From NCBI RefSeq assembly GCF_036321535.1, contig NC_087437.1, forward strand, positions 7,936,001-8,000,000: 64,000 nucleotides of DNA. The letters run 5' to 3'. The notes beneath the pieces are model-generated. The model was not told the origin of the DNA. It did no database searches and saw only the letters and a program-made list of their open reading frames with translations. The stretch is from Camelus dromedarius. Taxonomy: Eukaryota. The translations under genes were made by a program, and so were the position numbers. The stretch's first letter is position 1. Each line of letters opens with the position of its first letter. Of the stretch, positions 26,740 through 39,560 are shown one piece after another.

Positions 26740-27130
26740 GTTAATAAGCTCACTGCCAAATACTGCAGTTGCAGAGTAACCAAAACCAGGCCCTGTGTCT
26801 GTGGAGCACATAGTCTAGTAAGGGAGACAGACATTAATCAGATAATCACCAAAAGAAATATCCCAACCTGGACAAATCAATAAGGAGAGCTTATACCATG
26901 TGAAATCTGATATTTGGAAGGTTACTGTGATGCTCAATAGTCAGGAAGTCGGTGAAGCTTCCTCTGAGGAAGTGACACCTGAGGAAGTGACACCTGAGCA
27001 GAAGGGAAGTAGCTGAAGACAACAAGAAGGAGCATTCCAGGAAATACAAACAGTGGCAAGAAGAAATGCAGGAAATTGAAGAGTGTAAAAAAGGCCAGTG
27101 GGGCTGAGGCAGAAAAAGTGAGGGAGAGCA
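26740..27130 (-). mobile_element. L2 fragment containing a 15-bp tandem duplication
   Basis: ggagcacatagtctagtaagggagacagacattaatca; gaggaagtgacacct occurs twice in tandem at about 26966-26995. Confidence 0.7.
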
Positions 27131-28792
27131 TTTGTGTCTACCTCCCGAATCTCCAGCCTTGCTCAGTCAGATGTATGTCAAAGCAAGGGTTTTGATTAAC
27201 CAAGGAAAGAGGTCCTTTGGCTGTTTACAAGGAAATCATGGAGGCCAGCTTGAGGCAGTGGTCAGCCAAGAGACCTTCCTCTATAATGCAATCACCATTT
27301 AAATGAGAGTTTAAATGGACAGCCCAGAACTGGTTCCTTTTGTAATTTACAAAAAAGCAGAAGATCTTGGCGTACCCACCTTCTGCAAACACACTTCCAT
27401 GTTCTGTTGCTGTCACTAGTTGATTTGCACCTACTGCACCAGAGAAAGGGGCCTCTGGGACCTTTTCATTACTTTTGTCATCGGCAGCCATATATCTGAG
27501 TCCAAATATAAACTTAATGCCAGAATGATGGGTGCCTAATTGAAAATAAAGAAAATTTGCTTCTGAAACATTCTAAGTTTCTGAGACAGCTTGAAGGGAA
27601 ACTAAGTAAGCCTTTCCCTTGAATGCCTGCGCCTGGCCCACGCAACCCGGATCCAGAATAGTTCAAAGCAAAGTAGGTTGTCAGGCGGGGCGGCTTCTTC
27701 ACAGCTGAGTATCTGAAAGCAAGCAAGGCACAGCCAGCATCCTGTCTTCATTTACACGTCTTCACCCCTCCTGCCTCCCTTGTTGGGCTGGTGTGATGTT
27801 GGAGCCAGACTCATCTCCCCGAATACTGCTTCTGACCCGAGAAGAGTGGACTCCATGGAAACTAAAATAAGCAGTGCTTTGACCTTCATTTGCAGCAGGA
27901 AATTCCACTTTGATGAAACTAGCATATTTCCTAAGATTAAAAAGAGAGAGAAAAAAAGAAGAGGCAGGCTGGCACTGTGGAGTCTCCTGCTGCAGAAGGT
28001 CAGTGACTTTTTAAATGGCCTTACCCTGGTGCTTTTGAGAACGATGTTCTTACTTGGAAGCACCTGCCACTCATCCTCCAACCTGGATCCACATCTTGGA
28101 AAGAGGAAAAGCCTGAAAGCATCCAATAAAGAAACAATTGGAAAATTAAGGTTAATGGCTCCCACACTTTGCTGTCTCAATTTTGTGGATTCTAAAGCCC
28201 CACTTGTTGAGAACAGGCCATCAAAGGTAGAGCTAGAAATGGTGAGCAGAGTAAAAGTGAGAAGAGAGGCATATGGAAGCAATTCCGAAGTTGATAAAGA
28301 GACGACGTGAGAGGAGTTAGGACACATAGAAAGATGAAGGCAGAGAAAAGAGACAGAAAGTGATTCACAGGCCAACAGGGAGAGAGAGAGGGGTGAAAAC
28401 AGAGAGGGATTGAGAGGGAAAAAACCTGGTAGAAGTGGAATGGAAGAAGACACCTGTAGTGAGAGTATGAGACAAAGAGTATTCCTTCAACAAGAATCTA
28501 TTGAGCAGCTTCTGTGTGAGGATTCTGTGTTAGCAGGCGCCGGGACTGCAGATAAAGCAGTTAAACAAGCCACTGCAGTGAAGAGCAAGTGAGAGCAAAG
28601 TGGAGCGCTCTCTGGGAAGAGGAACCTAGCAGGAATGCCCAGCTAGTATAAGTGGTCTGGCACCCTCTGGGGAAAGATTCAGATCGTGCCTTTTAATAAA
28701 TGTATAAGAAAAAGATAATTGAGAGTTTGCTAGCAATGGATTCATAAAGCTGAAGTTTATCTGATTTTCAGCCTTCCTACACATTCTCCTTT

Positions 28793-31700
28793 TTTGTTTT
28801 TTAACTGAAGTACAGTCAGTTCCAATGTGTCAATTTCTGATGTACAGCACAATGTCCCAGTCGTGTATATACCTACATATATTCATTTTCATTTAAAGTT
28901 ATTACAAGATATTGAATATAGTTCCCTGTGCAATACAGAAGAAATTTATTTTTTTAAATCTATTTTTATATATAGTGATTAACATTTGCAAATCTCAAGC
29001 TCCCAAATTTATCCCTTCCCACCCTCTTTCCCAGGTAACCATAAGATTCTTTACTGTCTTTGAGTCCGTTTCTGTTTTGTAGATGAGTTCATAGTATACT
29101 TTTTTCCTTTTTTTTTTTTCAGATTCCACATGAGTGATATCATGTGGTATTTTCCTTTATCTGACTTACTTAACTTAGTATGATAATCTCTAGGACCATC
29201 CATATTGCTGCAATTGGCATCATTTTATTCTTTTTTATGACTGAATAGTATTCCATTTTATGAATATACCACAACTTCTTACCCAGTCATCTGTCGATAG
29301 ACATTTAGGTTGCTTTCATGTCTTGGCTGTTGTAACTAGTGCTGCTATGAACATTGGGGTGCATGTATCTTTTTAAATTAGAATTCCCTCTGGATATATA
29401 CCCAGGAGTGGGATTGCTGGATCATAGGGTACATCTATTTTTAGTTTTTTGAGGAATCTCCATACTGTTTTCCATAATGGCTGCACCAAACTACATTCCC
29501 ACCAGTAGTGTAGAAGGGTTCCCTTTTTTCCACACCCTCTTTGGCATTTATCATTCATGGATTTTTGAATAATGGCCATTCTAACTGGTGTAAGGTGATA
29601 CCTCATTGTAGTTTTGAGTTGAATTTTTCTGATAATAGCAGTATTGAGCGTTTTTTTCTTGTGCCTGTTGGCCATTTGTATGTCTTCACTGGAGATCTGC
29701 TTGTTTAGGTCCTCTACCCATTTTTGGTTTGGGTTGTTTGTCTTTTTGTTATTAAGTTGTATGAGCTCTTTATATATTCTGGAAATTAAACCTCTGTCAG
29801 TCACATTATTTGCAAATATTTTCTCCCATTGTTTTGCTTATGGTTTCCTTTCCTGTGCAAAAGCTTATGAGTTTAGGCCGCATTTGTTTATTTTTGCTCT
29901 TATTTCCATTGCCTGGGTAGGCTGCCCTAGGAGAACATTGCTAAGATTTATGTCAGAGAATGTTTTGCCTGTGTTTTCTTCTAGGAGGTTTAGAGTGTGT
30001 TTTTTTATGTTTAAGTCTTTAATCCATTTTGAGTTTATTTTTGTATATGGTGTGAGGGAGTGTTCTAACTTCATTGATTTACATACTGCTATCCAGTTTT
30101 CCCCAAACCACTTGGTGAAGAGACTGTCTTTTCTCCATTGTATGTTCTTGCCTCCTTTGTTGAAGATTAATTGGCTATAGATCTGTGGGTTTATTTCTGG
30201 GCTCTTTATACTGTTCCATATGTCTATTTTTGTACCAATACCACACTGTTTTGATTATTGTAGCTCTGTAGTATTGTCTGAAGTCTGGGAGGGTAATTCC
30301 TCCAGCTTTCTGCTTTTTATTCAGTATTGCTTTGGCAATTCTGGGTCTTTTGTGATTCCATATAAATTTTAGGATTGTTTGTTCTAGTTCTGTGAAAAAT
30401 GTTTTGGGTAATTTGATAGGGATTGCGTTTTACTGTAGATTGCCTTGGGCAGTATGACTATTTTAAAAATATTGATTCTTCCAATCCAAGAACATAGGAT
30501 ATCTTTCCATTTCTTTAAATCGTCTTTAATTTCCTTAATCAGTGTTCTGTAGTTCTCCATGTATAAGTCTTTCACTGCCTTGGTCAGATTTATTCCTAAG
30601 TATTTTATTGTTTTGGATGTGATTTTAAAAGGCGTTGTTTCTTTACTTTCTTTTCCTGTTGATTGATTGTTAGTGTAAAGAAATGCAACTGATTTTTGTA
30701 TGTTAATCTTGTATCTTGCTACCTTGCCGAGATCTCTTATCAGCTCTAGTAGTTTTTGTTTGTAGCTTTTAGGGTTTTCTATATATAGTATCCTGTCATC
30801 TGCATATGGTGACAATTTTACTTCTTCTCTTTCAATTTGGATTCCTTTTATTTCTTTTTCTTGCCTTATTGCTGTGGCTAGGACTTCCAAGTCTATGTTG
30901 AATAGAAGTGGTGAGAGTGGGCTTCCTTGTCTTGTTTCAGAGTATAGTGGGAAGATTTTCAGTTTTTCACCATTGAATATTATGCTGGCTTTGTGTTTAT
31001 CATAAATAGCTTTTGTTACATTGAAATATGTTCCCTCTATACCCACTTTGGTAAGAGTTTTTATCATAAATGGCTGTTGAATTTTACCAAATGCTTTTTT
31101 CTGCATCTGTTGAGATGATCATGTGATTTTTGTGCTTTATTTTGTTGATGTGGTGTATCACATTGATTGATTTGTATATGTTGAACCATCCTTGTGTCCC
31201 TGGGATGAATCCAGCTTGAACATGGTGTATGATTTTTATTTTTATGTGCCATTAGATTCTGTTTGCTAATATTTTGTTAAGGATTTTTGCATCTATGTGT
31301 CAGTGATATTGGCCTGTAATTTTCTTTTTCGGTAGTGCCTTTGTCTGGTTTTGGTATCAGGATGATAGTGGCTTCATAGAATGAGTTTGGTAGTACTCCT
31401 TCCTTTTCAGTCTTTTGTTAAGAGTTAAGAAGGACCAGTATGAGTTCTTCTTGGTATGTTTGGTAGAATTCCCCAGTGAAGCCATCTGGTCCTGGACTTC
31501 TGTTTGTAGGGTGGTTTTTTATTGCTAATTTTGTTTCATTTCTAGTGTTCAATCTGTTCAAGTGGTCTGTTTCTTCTTAATTCAGTCTTGGTAGACTATG
31601 TTTCCAGAAATTTGTCCATTTCTTCTAGGTTGTCCAATTTGTTTCCATATAGTTGTTCATAGTATTCTCTTACTTTTTTTTTATTTCTGTGGTGTTGGTT

Positions 31701-32509
31701 GTAATTTCTCCATTTTCCTTTCTTATTTTATTTATTTGTGTTCTCTCTCATTTCTTCTTGGTGGGCCTGGCCAGAGGTTTGTCAATTTTGTTTACTCTTT
31801 CAAAAAGCCAGCTTTTGGTTTGATTGATTCTCTCTGTTTTTTATCTCTATTTTACTTATTTCCTCCCTAATCTTTGTTATTTCCTTCCTTCTGCCTTTAG
31901 GTTTTATTTGCTCTTCTTTTTCTAATTCTTTTAGGTGATAGGTTAGGTTGTTTACTTGAGATTGTTCTTTTTTGAGGAAGGCCTGTATTGCTATGAACTT
32001 CCCTCTTGGGACTGCTTTTGCTCCATCCCATAGATTTTGTGTGGTTGTGTTTTCACTGTTGTTTGTCTCACAGTATCTTTTAATTTCATCATTGACCCAT
32101 TGTTTTTTTCATAGCATATTGTTTAATCTCCATGCTGTTGTTTTATTTTCCTTTGTTCTTCTGTGGTTGATTTCTAGCTTCATGGCATTGTGGTCAGAAA
32201 AGATGCTTGAAATAATTTCTGTCCTCTTAAACTTGTTGAGGCTTCTTTTGTGCCCAAGTACATGATCTGTCCTACAGAATGTTCCATGTGCACTTGAAAA
32301 TAATGTATATTCTGGTTTTGGGAGGATGTAATGCCATAAAAATATCAACCAAGTCCAACTATTCTATTGTGTCATTTAGCTTCTCCGTCCCCTTATTGAT
32401 TTTCTTTCTGAAGATCTGTCCAGTGATGTTAATGGGGTGTTAAAGTCTCCTACTATGATTTTGTTTCCATCAGTTTCTCCTTTTATGTCTGTTAGTATTT
32501 GCTTTAGGT
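28793..32509 (-). mobile_element. Lineage-specific L1, ~3.7 kb, 5'-truncated within the endonuclease domain
   Basis: Perfect 13-bp TSD cacattctccttt (28780-28792 / 32510-32522) and T-rich tail at the left end. ORF2 pieces: IIVGDFNTPL (EN), EYTLFSSAHGTFCRTDH, RT domain, and [25 protein letters not shown]. Confidence 0.95.
30384..31106 (-). pseudogene. L1 ORF2 reverse-transcriptase remnant (240-codon open segment; the rest of ORF2 is disrupted)
   Basis: [24 protein letters not shown] catalytic motif, KYLGINL and CSWIGRINI. Neighbouring ORF2 segments are broken by stops and frameshifts. Confidence 0.9.
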
Positions 32510-33255
32510 CACATTCTCCTTTGAACTCAGACCTCTCCTCAGAGTTGCCACTAGCCTGTACAGTAAGTGAAAAACAAATAAACAAAAAACTATTTCTTCA
32601 AGGCAGTTTACTTCCATCTGTTGGAAAATTGTCATAATGTTCTGGTTCTCTTGGAACAAAACAGTTTACTGCTATCTGCTAGAAAATTATCTGAATAAAC
32701 ATATACAACCTTCATGTGAACATCAGTGGTGACTCCTGGTATGTGTGTTCTTGGGCAGTGCCCTGTCTATACAGCTGTACTCAGCAGCCCTACCTTAAAT
32801 ACTGACATACCCCCTCTTCCTTAGGCCAGGGCCTCAGAATTAAAATAATGGAAAAATTTCTGCATTATTCATCTTCAGGGCTTCTGCACAGAAGTCTAAA
32901 GGTTAATGTGACCCAGAGCTATGCTTGCTTTTATCTGAAACTTTGAGAAATCAGAGTAGTTAAGATAAAAACACAGATCTCTTGAAGAATTCGTTCTGAT
33001 GATAAGCTTTGTTCCCTCATTGCAGTAACTTGCAGGAGCAGAGTTGCCTTGCCCCTCATAGCCAAGGCATACCAAAAAATACTCTTTCTCCCATTCTCCA
33101 GTATTCCTTATCAGTCTCTGGAACACTGAACCAAAGAGTCAGTGTCATTCATCATAATGCTTCTACTGCTGTTTTGTTTTATTTGATCAGCTTCTCGTAT
33201 TTATATATCCTGCCTGGCCCCTATAGGCAACTGAATTTGAAAACTTTGATCTAAA

Positions 33256-33830
33256 GCTGTGTTGTCCAATATGGTAACCACTAGCCACATGTAGCTAAAC
33301 TTAAATTAATTAAAATAAAATTTAAATTTCAGTTCCTCAATTTCACCAGCCACAATTCAGGTGCTCTGTAGCTTTTGGAGACGCTCAAGAGGATGTGACC
33401 CCTGGTTGACCTGAGAGCCAACCCAAGCAATCGGAGACTCCACCCCTCCACCTGTCCTTGGAATGTACATTCTGCCCACCATTCCCACAGTGGGAGCTGT
33501 TTCAAGGATGCAGCCCTGAGAGAGTAAGGTGCTGCTGAGACCATCTGGAAGGGATATGTCAGTGAACCCAGTTAAGACCTCTAACTTTTTAAGATACAGT
33601 GGGCAGCTGTGGAGATCTACAAATCTTGCAGACACCCAAAACAAGCCTCGGATGCATGTTTCCTGGTCTATCTCTTTCTTCAGCCTCTGCTTGCTGTCTG
33701 TGTATGGGGCCCAGTTCATATCCAAAAAGCTCCTGACATTAAGAACTAACAGTAGCTGATGGTTCCTATTTTGGACAGCACAGATATAAAAGACGTCCAT
33801 CATTACAAGAAGTTCTGTTGGATATGGCTA
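33256..33830. mobile_element. MER3-like hAT MITE split by an LTR
   Basis: ctgtgttgtccaatatggtaaccactagccacatgtagcta on the left and ttggacagcacagatata..catcatt..aagttctgttgga on the right. Confidence 0.8.
33373..33751. mobile_element. Solo ERV LTR, family unassigned
   Basis: GC-richer 379-bp insert interrupting MER3, ending in ...aactaaca and flanked by direct repeat gtagc (33368-33372 / 33752-33756). Confidence 0.65.
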
Positions 33831-33936
33831 ATCAAGAGAAGAAAGAAGAGCTGAGACTAGGATTACCCCCAAGTTTTGTCCCAAATTTGGACACATGTTC
33901 CAGGACACAAAATGGTCATATAACGTTGGAAAACAT

Positions 33937-34388
33937 TGTATTAGCATTGTATGGCTTGCTGTAACAAATTACTACAAACTTGGTGGCTTAAAATAATATG
34001 TTATTTTACAGTTCTGGTGACCAGAAGTCCAAAGTGGGTTTCTCTGAGTTAAAATTAAGTTGTCAGCAGGCCTGAGTTCCTTTTGGAGGGTCTAAGGTGG
34101 AGTCATTTTCTCACCTTTTCTAGCTTCTAGAAGTCACCTCCTTGCATTTTCAAGGCCAGCAGCGGCCAGTCAGTCTCTCTGACTCTAAAACTGACTCTGC
34201 TTCCATCTTCCACTTTTAAAGACTCTTGTTATTACATTGGCCCTACTCAAATAATCTGGGTTAACCTTCCCATCTCAAGGTCAGCTGATTTGCAACCCTA
34301 ATTCCTCATTGCCATGTAGCATAGCGTATTAACAGGTTCTGAGGATTAGAACATAGACATCCTTGGAGACAGTTATTCTGCCTACCAT
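33937..34388 (-). mobile_element. MaLR solo LTR (MLT1C/D-like)
   Basis: tgtattag..gctgtaacaaattactacaaacttggtggcttaaa..cagaagtccaa..ggttctgaggattag..ttattctgcctacca. Confidence 0.85.
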
Positions 34389-35867
34389 CCTGTGTTAAAT
34401 AAAATTAAGCAGGGGTCTTTACAGCAGGACTTCAGTGAATTTTTAGTATCCAGAGAACAAAATGAATTGCTTGGGGAGTATATGGTATATATAGTGTTTG
34501 TTAAATCTATTTCATTATAGAACTTTTTAATGAAGAATATTAAGTGTTTTAAGGAACAGAACTGAAAAATGCCACTGTTGGAAATCAAAAAGAATGACTC
34601 AGAAGGAAGTAATGCTTCCAATTAAAGACCATGATACTGACAGAACTCTAAATAGCACATGCAGATTGTTTTGCAGGAACTTACAGGGTCCTGTTGAGAC
34701 CTTATTTCTTTAAACAGGATTAAATGGAGGAAGTGGAAATGAGCTAGACACATGGAAAGGTTATTGAACCTGCTTGGTCTGTGTTGTATAAGCATCCAGG
34801 GTCATCCATGCCTTTGCCTGGGCCCCATATTCCCAACTGTTGGAGAATAGTCATGGCAGACTGTAGCTAGAAGGGACTTTGAGGTAATCTAATCGAGAAG
34901 CCTGAGGTATCAATCTGTCCTGTGCCATGCATCTAATACGCATCTAAGTACAGACTAGATTTCCATATTCCCAAGTAAATATTCTTCCCATCGTATAAAG
35001 CTGCATCTTCCCAAAATGTAGAAAGCCGAGTCATGTAAGTTGTTTGTAACTAAATACCTTAAATATGATCTTTGTCCTTTCTAGGGATTAAGAAATAAAG
35101 GCTTTTATTAGGAAGAAGCACAATATCATTTTGCTGTTGGTTCCCTCCCTCGGAAATTTCCCAGGAATTCACATGGAGATTTTAGATTTTGCTTCCCTGT
35201 CCATGTGGACCCTCTAATGAGAAAAGGTGATTAGGTCTCTTACCTGACCTCCCCACCAAAGTTCCTCCAATGGACCTGCCTTTCATGAAGGAGGGAACCA
35301 AAAGTGTACTACGAAAAGGATGGAATTAGATGGAGTTGATGATGTGGGAAGTCAGTACATAAAAATGTGAACAAGAGGGCCATTTATTTCCAAGGATGAG
35401 AAGGAAGGATAAATGACTTTGTTCCCAGGTTTGAGTGGGAAATTAATCTGCTGTTCATGTGTCTCTACCGGGTCAACAGTACAGTCTGTGCTACAAGAGT
35501 GAGGCCCATCTCCATTTGGCTCCCAACAAAGATTTCTAGGGTGGAGTTGAAATCTTTTAAAGTTGTTAACAAATAAACTTTGCTATTTTAACACTACCTT
35601 TTTGAGGCTTGTAGTCTGTCTTACTGGTTGTTGATAAGCAAGCTCTTTGCAAAGGAAAAAGATTAATAATAATACTAATGCTTATGTTGGAAATGAAAGC
35701 AGAAATATTCAGGAAGTAATATTCAGAAGCTGAGGGAGATAGATTTTTTTTTTTAGTTAATTCTTACTTTTGGAATCGTAAAAAGACACAGATTCTATTT
35801 TTTAAGTATTTTTGGGTAAACCGACGTAGAAAAGTAATATGAACCTTGTGAAAGACCCACACTCTTT

Positions 35868-36000
35868 TTTTTTTTTTTTGAGAGGGGATGTAATTAGTTT
35901 TATGTCTTATTATTATTTTTTAAGGGAAGGTATTGGGGATTGAACCCAGGACCTTGTGCATGCTAAGCACGCACTCTACCACTTGAGCTACACTCTCTCT
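35868..36000 (-). mobile_element. tRNA-derived SINE (camelid Vic-1 type)
   Basis: Poly-T tail, then ggggattgaacccaggaccttgtgcatgctaagcacgcactctaccacttgagcta. 12-bp TSD cccacactcttt (35856-35867 / 36005-36016). Confidence 0.9.
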
Positions 36001-36934
36001 AAACCCCACACTCTTTCAGATTAATTTTACAGAATTTAGAGTTCATGTAATTAGGTTACATATATGACTGCAGGGGATCAGTCCATTTTCTAAACATGGT
36101 CTGAACTCCCCTCTCACTCACTAGAACCAGGGAGCAGTGATCTTTCACTAGATTCCAGGAGAGGGAATTGACTCCAGTGAGGTTGGAGGGGACAGACTAC
36201 AGAAGTAGAAAGATCCCTGGACCAGAAATTTGGTGACTCTGAGTCAGGATCTACCTTCAGCCTTAATAAATGCCTCTAAAACATTGATTTCTCATCAGTA
36301 AAATGATGGGGGCTACGTTAATTCACCTTTAAAATCTCTACCTCTGTGAAATACAGGTAGTGTTCATGAGGAAAAGATGAAAATCAGCTCCGCTGGTAGA
36401 TTTTTAGTCTTGCCTCCAAATAGTTCATCTCACCACGGCATGGGCAGCTGAAAGACAAAGCCAGGATGAAATCCAGGGATTCAGGATGCTTCCTTTGTCC
36501 CAGCTAATAACTGAGGACAGACAAAGGGCTGGGTGTGATGTCCTAGAAATATAGATGGCAGTTATTAAAGGCCAGAGTAAGCAGTGTGCTGTATTGAACA
36601 GAATTGCTGGTTGGTAAAACTTCATCTCAAAGTAATTTAAGAACAGAAAGAGAAAGAACAAGAGAAAGGGAGAACTTTGTCCATGAAACTGGGAAGGGTA
36701 TTCAGTGTAACTATACTTAGGGATGCCATCAAGTCATATGATTCTATCTAGACTTGATAGAATCTCTCACCATTCTTTATCTGCTTTTCTGGTCTCATTC
36801 ATTCTGTTGTACCATATCTGGACCTTCTCCTTTTAGTAGAGTGAGACAAAAACAGTGGCATTTTTCAGTTCTGTTCCTTGGCGGCAGACAGTCAGGCATG
36901 GGAAAGGGGAAAAAGTTCTAATTTAGTAAGTTTT

Positions 36935-37366
36935 AGATGCTGTTGGGGCCCCTCCCTGTCACATTTACTGGGTCCTGCCTCCTGTGAGTGTTGGCTGTTC
37001 AGAGCTCACAGATGTCCTTTTCTTGAGAAAATTGCCCTCTGTTGATGGGAACCACATGGCTAGAAATTTTCACCAACCCTCAAGACAGCCTAGAGTTAAT
37101 GATTAATCAGTATAAGGATAAGAAAGACTGAGCCCCTTGTCTCATGGAGAAAAGACTTTGTGGTGTGATCTGTGCTCTAGAGAGACTCACCCCACCACCA
37201 GTGGTTCAGGCCAAGGCAAGGTTTTCCCAAGATGACAACTTTGCTCTTTCTCCTTTGCCATCCTGCTTCTGTCACTCACCACTTCCTCCTAAGAGCATCT
37301 CCACCATAAATCAAGTTCATATGAATCCTTGCCTCAGGCTCTGCTTCTAGAAAACCCAGTCTAAGT
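36935..37366 (+). mobile_element. ERVL solo LTR (LTR16-like)
   Basis: gagaaaattgccctc..gatgggaac and the terminal ataaatcaagttcatatgaatccttgcctcaggctctgcttctagaaaacccagtctaag. Confidence 0.7.
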
Positions 37367-39130
37367 TAGCAGGGGTTAGCAAGACTTCATGGAGGAGGTG
37401 ACCTTTCAGCTGAGCCTTGCTGTGTGGGTGATGGGCATTTCATGTAGATAGAATGGGTAAAGAAAGGCACTGAGACATACTTGGGAACCAGTGGGTGCCT
37501 TTGCATGACTTAAGTGTGAGAAACTGGAAGAGCTGGGGAAAGTATTATGCATAAAAAAAAAAAAACTTAAAGAATATCAGTTAGAAGGCTAATGCAGCAG
37601 CCTCCTTTAGGTCTGGATTTCAAAAATAACAGCCAAATTCCATCCCCCTAACAACACTTCAATAATTGACAGAGTCTTGGGAAATTATGTAGATTACTAG
37701 GTAAAGATAGACTAAATGTTTTTAAAATGTTTTGGTTTAGCACAGAAAGAGACTGTAGGCTCAGGTTCCAATTTAAAATTTAAAAACACTCTAACCTGCA
37801 GCAAAACCACATTATTCATCACCAGAACTTAACCAAATGACAAGTCCAAAAGACAAAGCATAGAAGGAAAAGAAGAACCTGCCAAGTCAGCAAGACTTGA
37901 CAGGTGTTCAAGGATTTAGGCTAATTAATTGACCACATGGCTGATGAATTAAGACAGTATCCTTGTTTAGAACGAAGTACACTTGCTGTGCAACTTGTGG
38001 GGGATGGTGATGAGGAGAAACAGGGGAAACATAATTGAAGTTGAAATAAAAAGTAATTAAAAGAAGAAAAAGAGTAATGAGCAACTGGGAAGTGTAGTAA
38101 TTTAGATGACTTTTCCACAGTAAAATGGCACATGGATGTAAGACCTGGATGCTTTATGGGGTGGGCAAAAAATGTATGATCCTCAGATCTTTTACAGAGA
38201 ACTATGTATTTGAAGAAGATGATGAAAGCTAGAAGATAATAGACTGAAGATATATTTACTACCTACCACGTGTAAGCAAATGCTCTTTGAGGCAAGCTCT
38301 TCCTTCAGAAGCTAAAAATATTCATATTTTCCAAGGAAAGGCTATTACTTTAATAACAAACACCATCTAACAGGCTTACTGACATACTCTCATAATGGGC
38401 AGCAGAACACAGAGGAACATCTAGTCCAAGAAGCATGGGACACAGTAAATCTGACTTGCTTTGCATGTCCTTTGCATTTCTTCCAGCCCCTATAGCCCAG
38501 CCAAAATAGAAACAATTTGACCATCTCAGTTTCCCCTAAGGTAAGACAGCGTAAGGGGAAATGCACCATCTTAAACCTGGGTCCTGACTGTTTCTGCCAG
38601 TAACCAACTGTGTCACCTTGCAAAAGTCATAAGCTTTCTGGAAGATGAAAAGGGCTGCGCAAGAGGTTAAATTCAACTCCAAAATACTCTTCCCTTTTTG
38701 AAGCCTGCAGCCATCATTCTTAGGCACTAAAATGACAAAGTAGGTTGAGTCGGTTTATATCGCACAGCAATCAGCTCTATTGATGACTGTGTCAACTGGT
38801 TTGACTTGGAAGTGTTTTATATAAACATAGTTTCTATTGCTACTGAGTGCAGCGTCTTTCCTTCTGGATCTGACTTGGCATTAGTCCTGCTGATGATAGA
38901 TCATTAGATGCCTTCTGAAATTATGAAATAATCAGCTGACCCCTAAGGTCATGTGGTCTAGTGGAAAGAGCATGGCATTCAAATCTAGTTCCTGCCTTAT
39001 TGGTAGTGGATTTCATGGACAGTGGGAAAGTCACTTAACTCTAGAAAGCAACCATAATTGGTGTGTCTTCTTAATAGTATTATCAGGGTCAAAATACATG
39101 CAAGAGAGAGCATTTTGAAGGTGAACCTGC

Positions 39131-39560
39131 ATCTCAGGCCACAAACTGTGATTTGCCAAGCTATAACTTTAATCTATTTCTACAAATAAATTTTTTTTGA
39201 GCTCTCATTCTGCTAGGTGTGAAAAATTAACCTCATCAGTTTCAGGTCCTTTCATACTTTTGCTGCATTTCTGCCCGTAGTTCTAGAAGGGCTATGTAGT
39301 GCCAGGATGTTGGAGTGGTCTTCATTTGTCACTTGTCCTTGCTGACATCTGCCATGACTGGCCCCCACCTGCCCCCAGCTGGTTTCTGATTGTCAGTCCC
39401 TCCAGATCACTCTTCTTCATAACTGCAGAGCCACTCCAGTTCTGGAAAAACGAGAAAAGGAGAAAAAGAAAAAGCAGCCAGAGAAGTTAAAAACCTAACA
39501 TTTTAAGATGTGTTATAGAATCTCAGGCCACAAACTGAGATTTTCCAAGCTATAACTTTA
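39131..39560 (+). repeat. 41-bp dispersed direct repeat (39131-39171 and 39520-39560)
   Basis: atctcaggccacaaactgTgatttGccaagctataacttta vs atctcaggccacaaactgAgatttTccaagctataacttta; 39/41 identical. Confidence 0.95.

Noticed and set aside
26966..26998. Short tandem duplications (also near 4927 and 59966) as array- or CRISPR-like units
   Set aside because: Two- to three-unit slippage duplications without spacers, in eukaryotic DNA.
27752..28453. Longest non-L1 ORFs (233 aa on -, overlapping 176 aa on +)
   Set aside because: The Leu/Ser/Phe-rich translation is driven by a GA-rich low-complexity tract. The starts are non-ATG, there is no recognisable domain, and there is no exon structure.
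29644..30180. 178-aa hydrophobic + strand ORF (similar ORFs at 43687-44489 and 57651-57845)
   Set aside because: Antisense translation of L1 ORF2, which recurs in every L1 copy.
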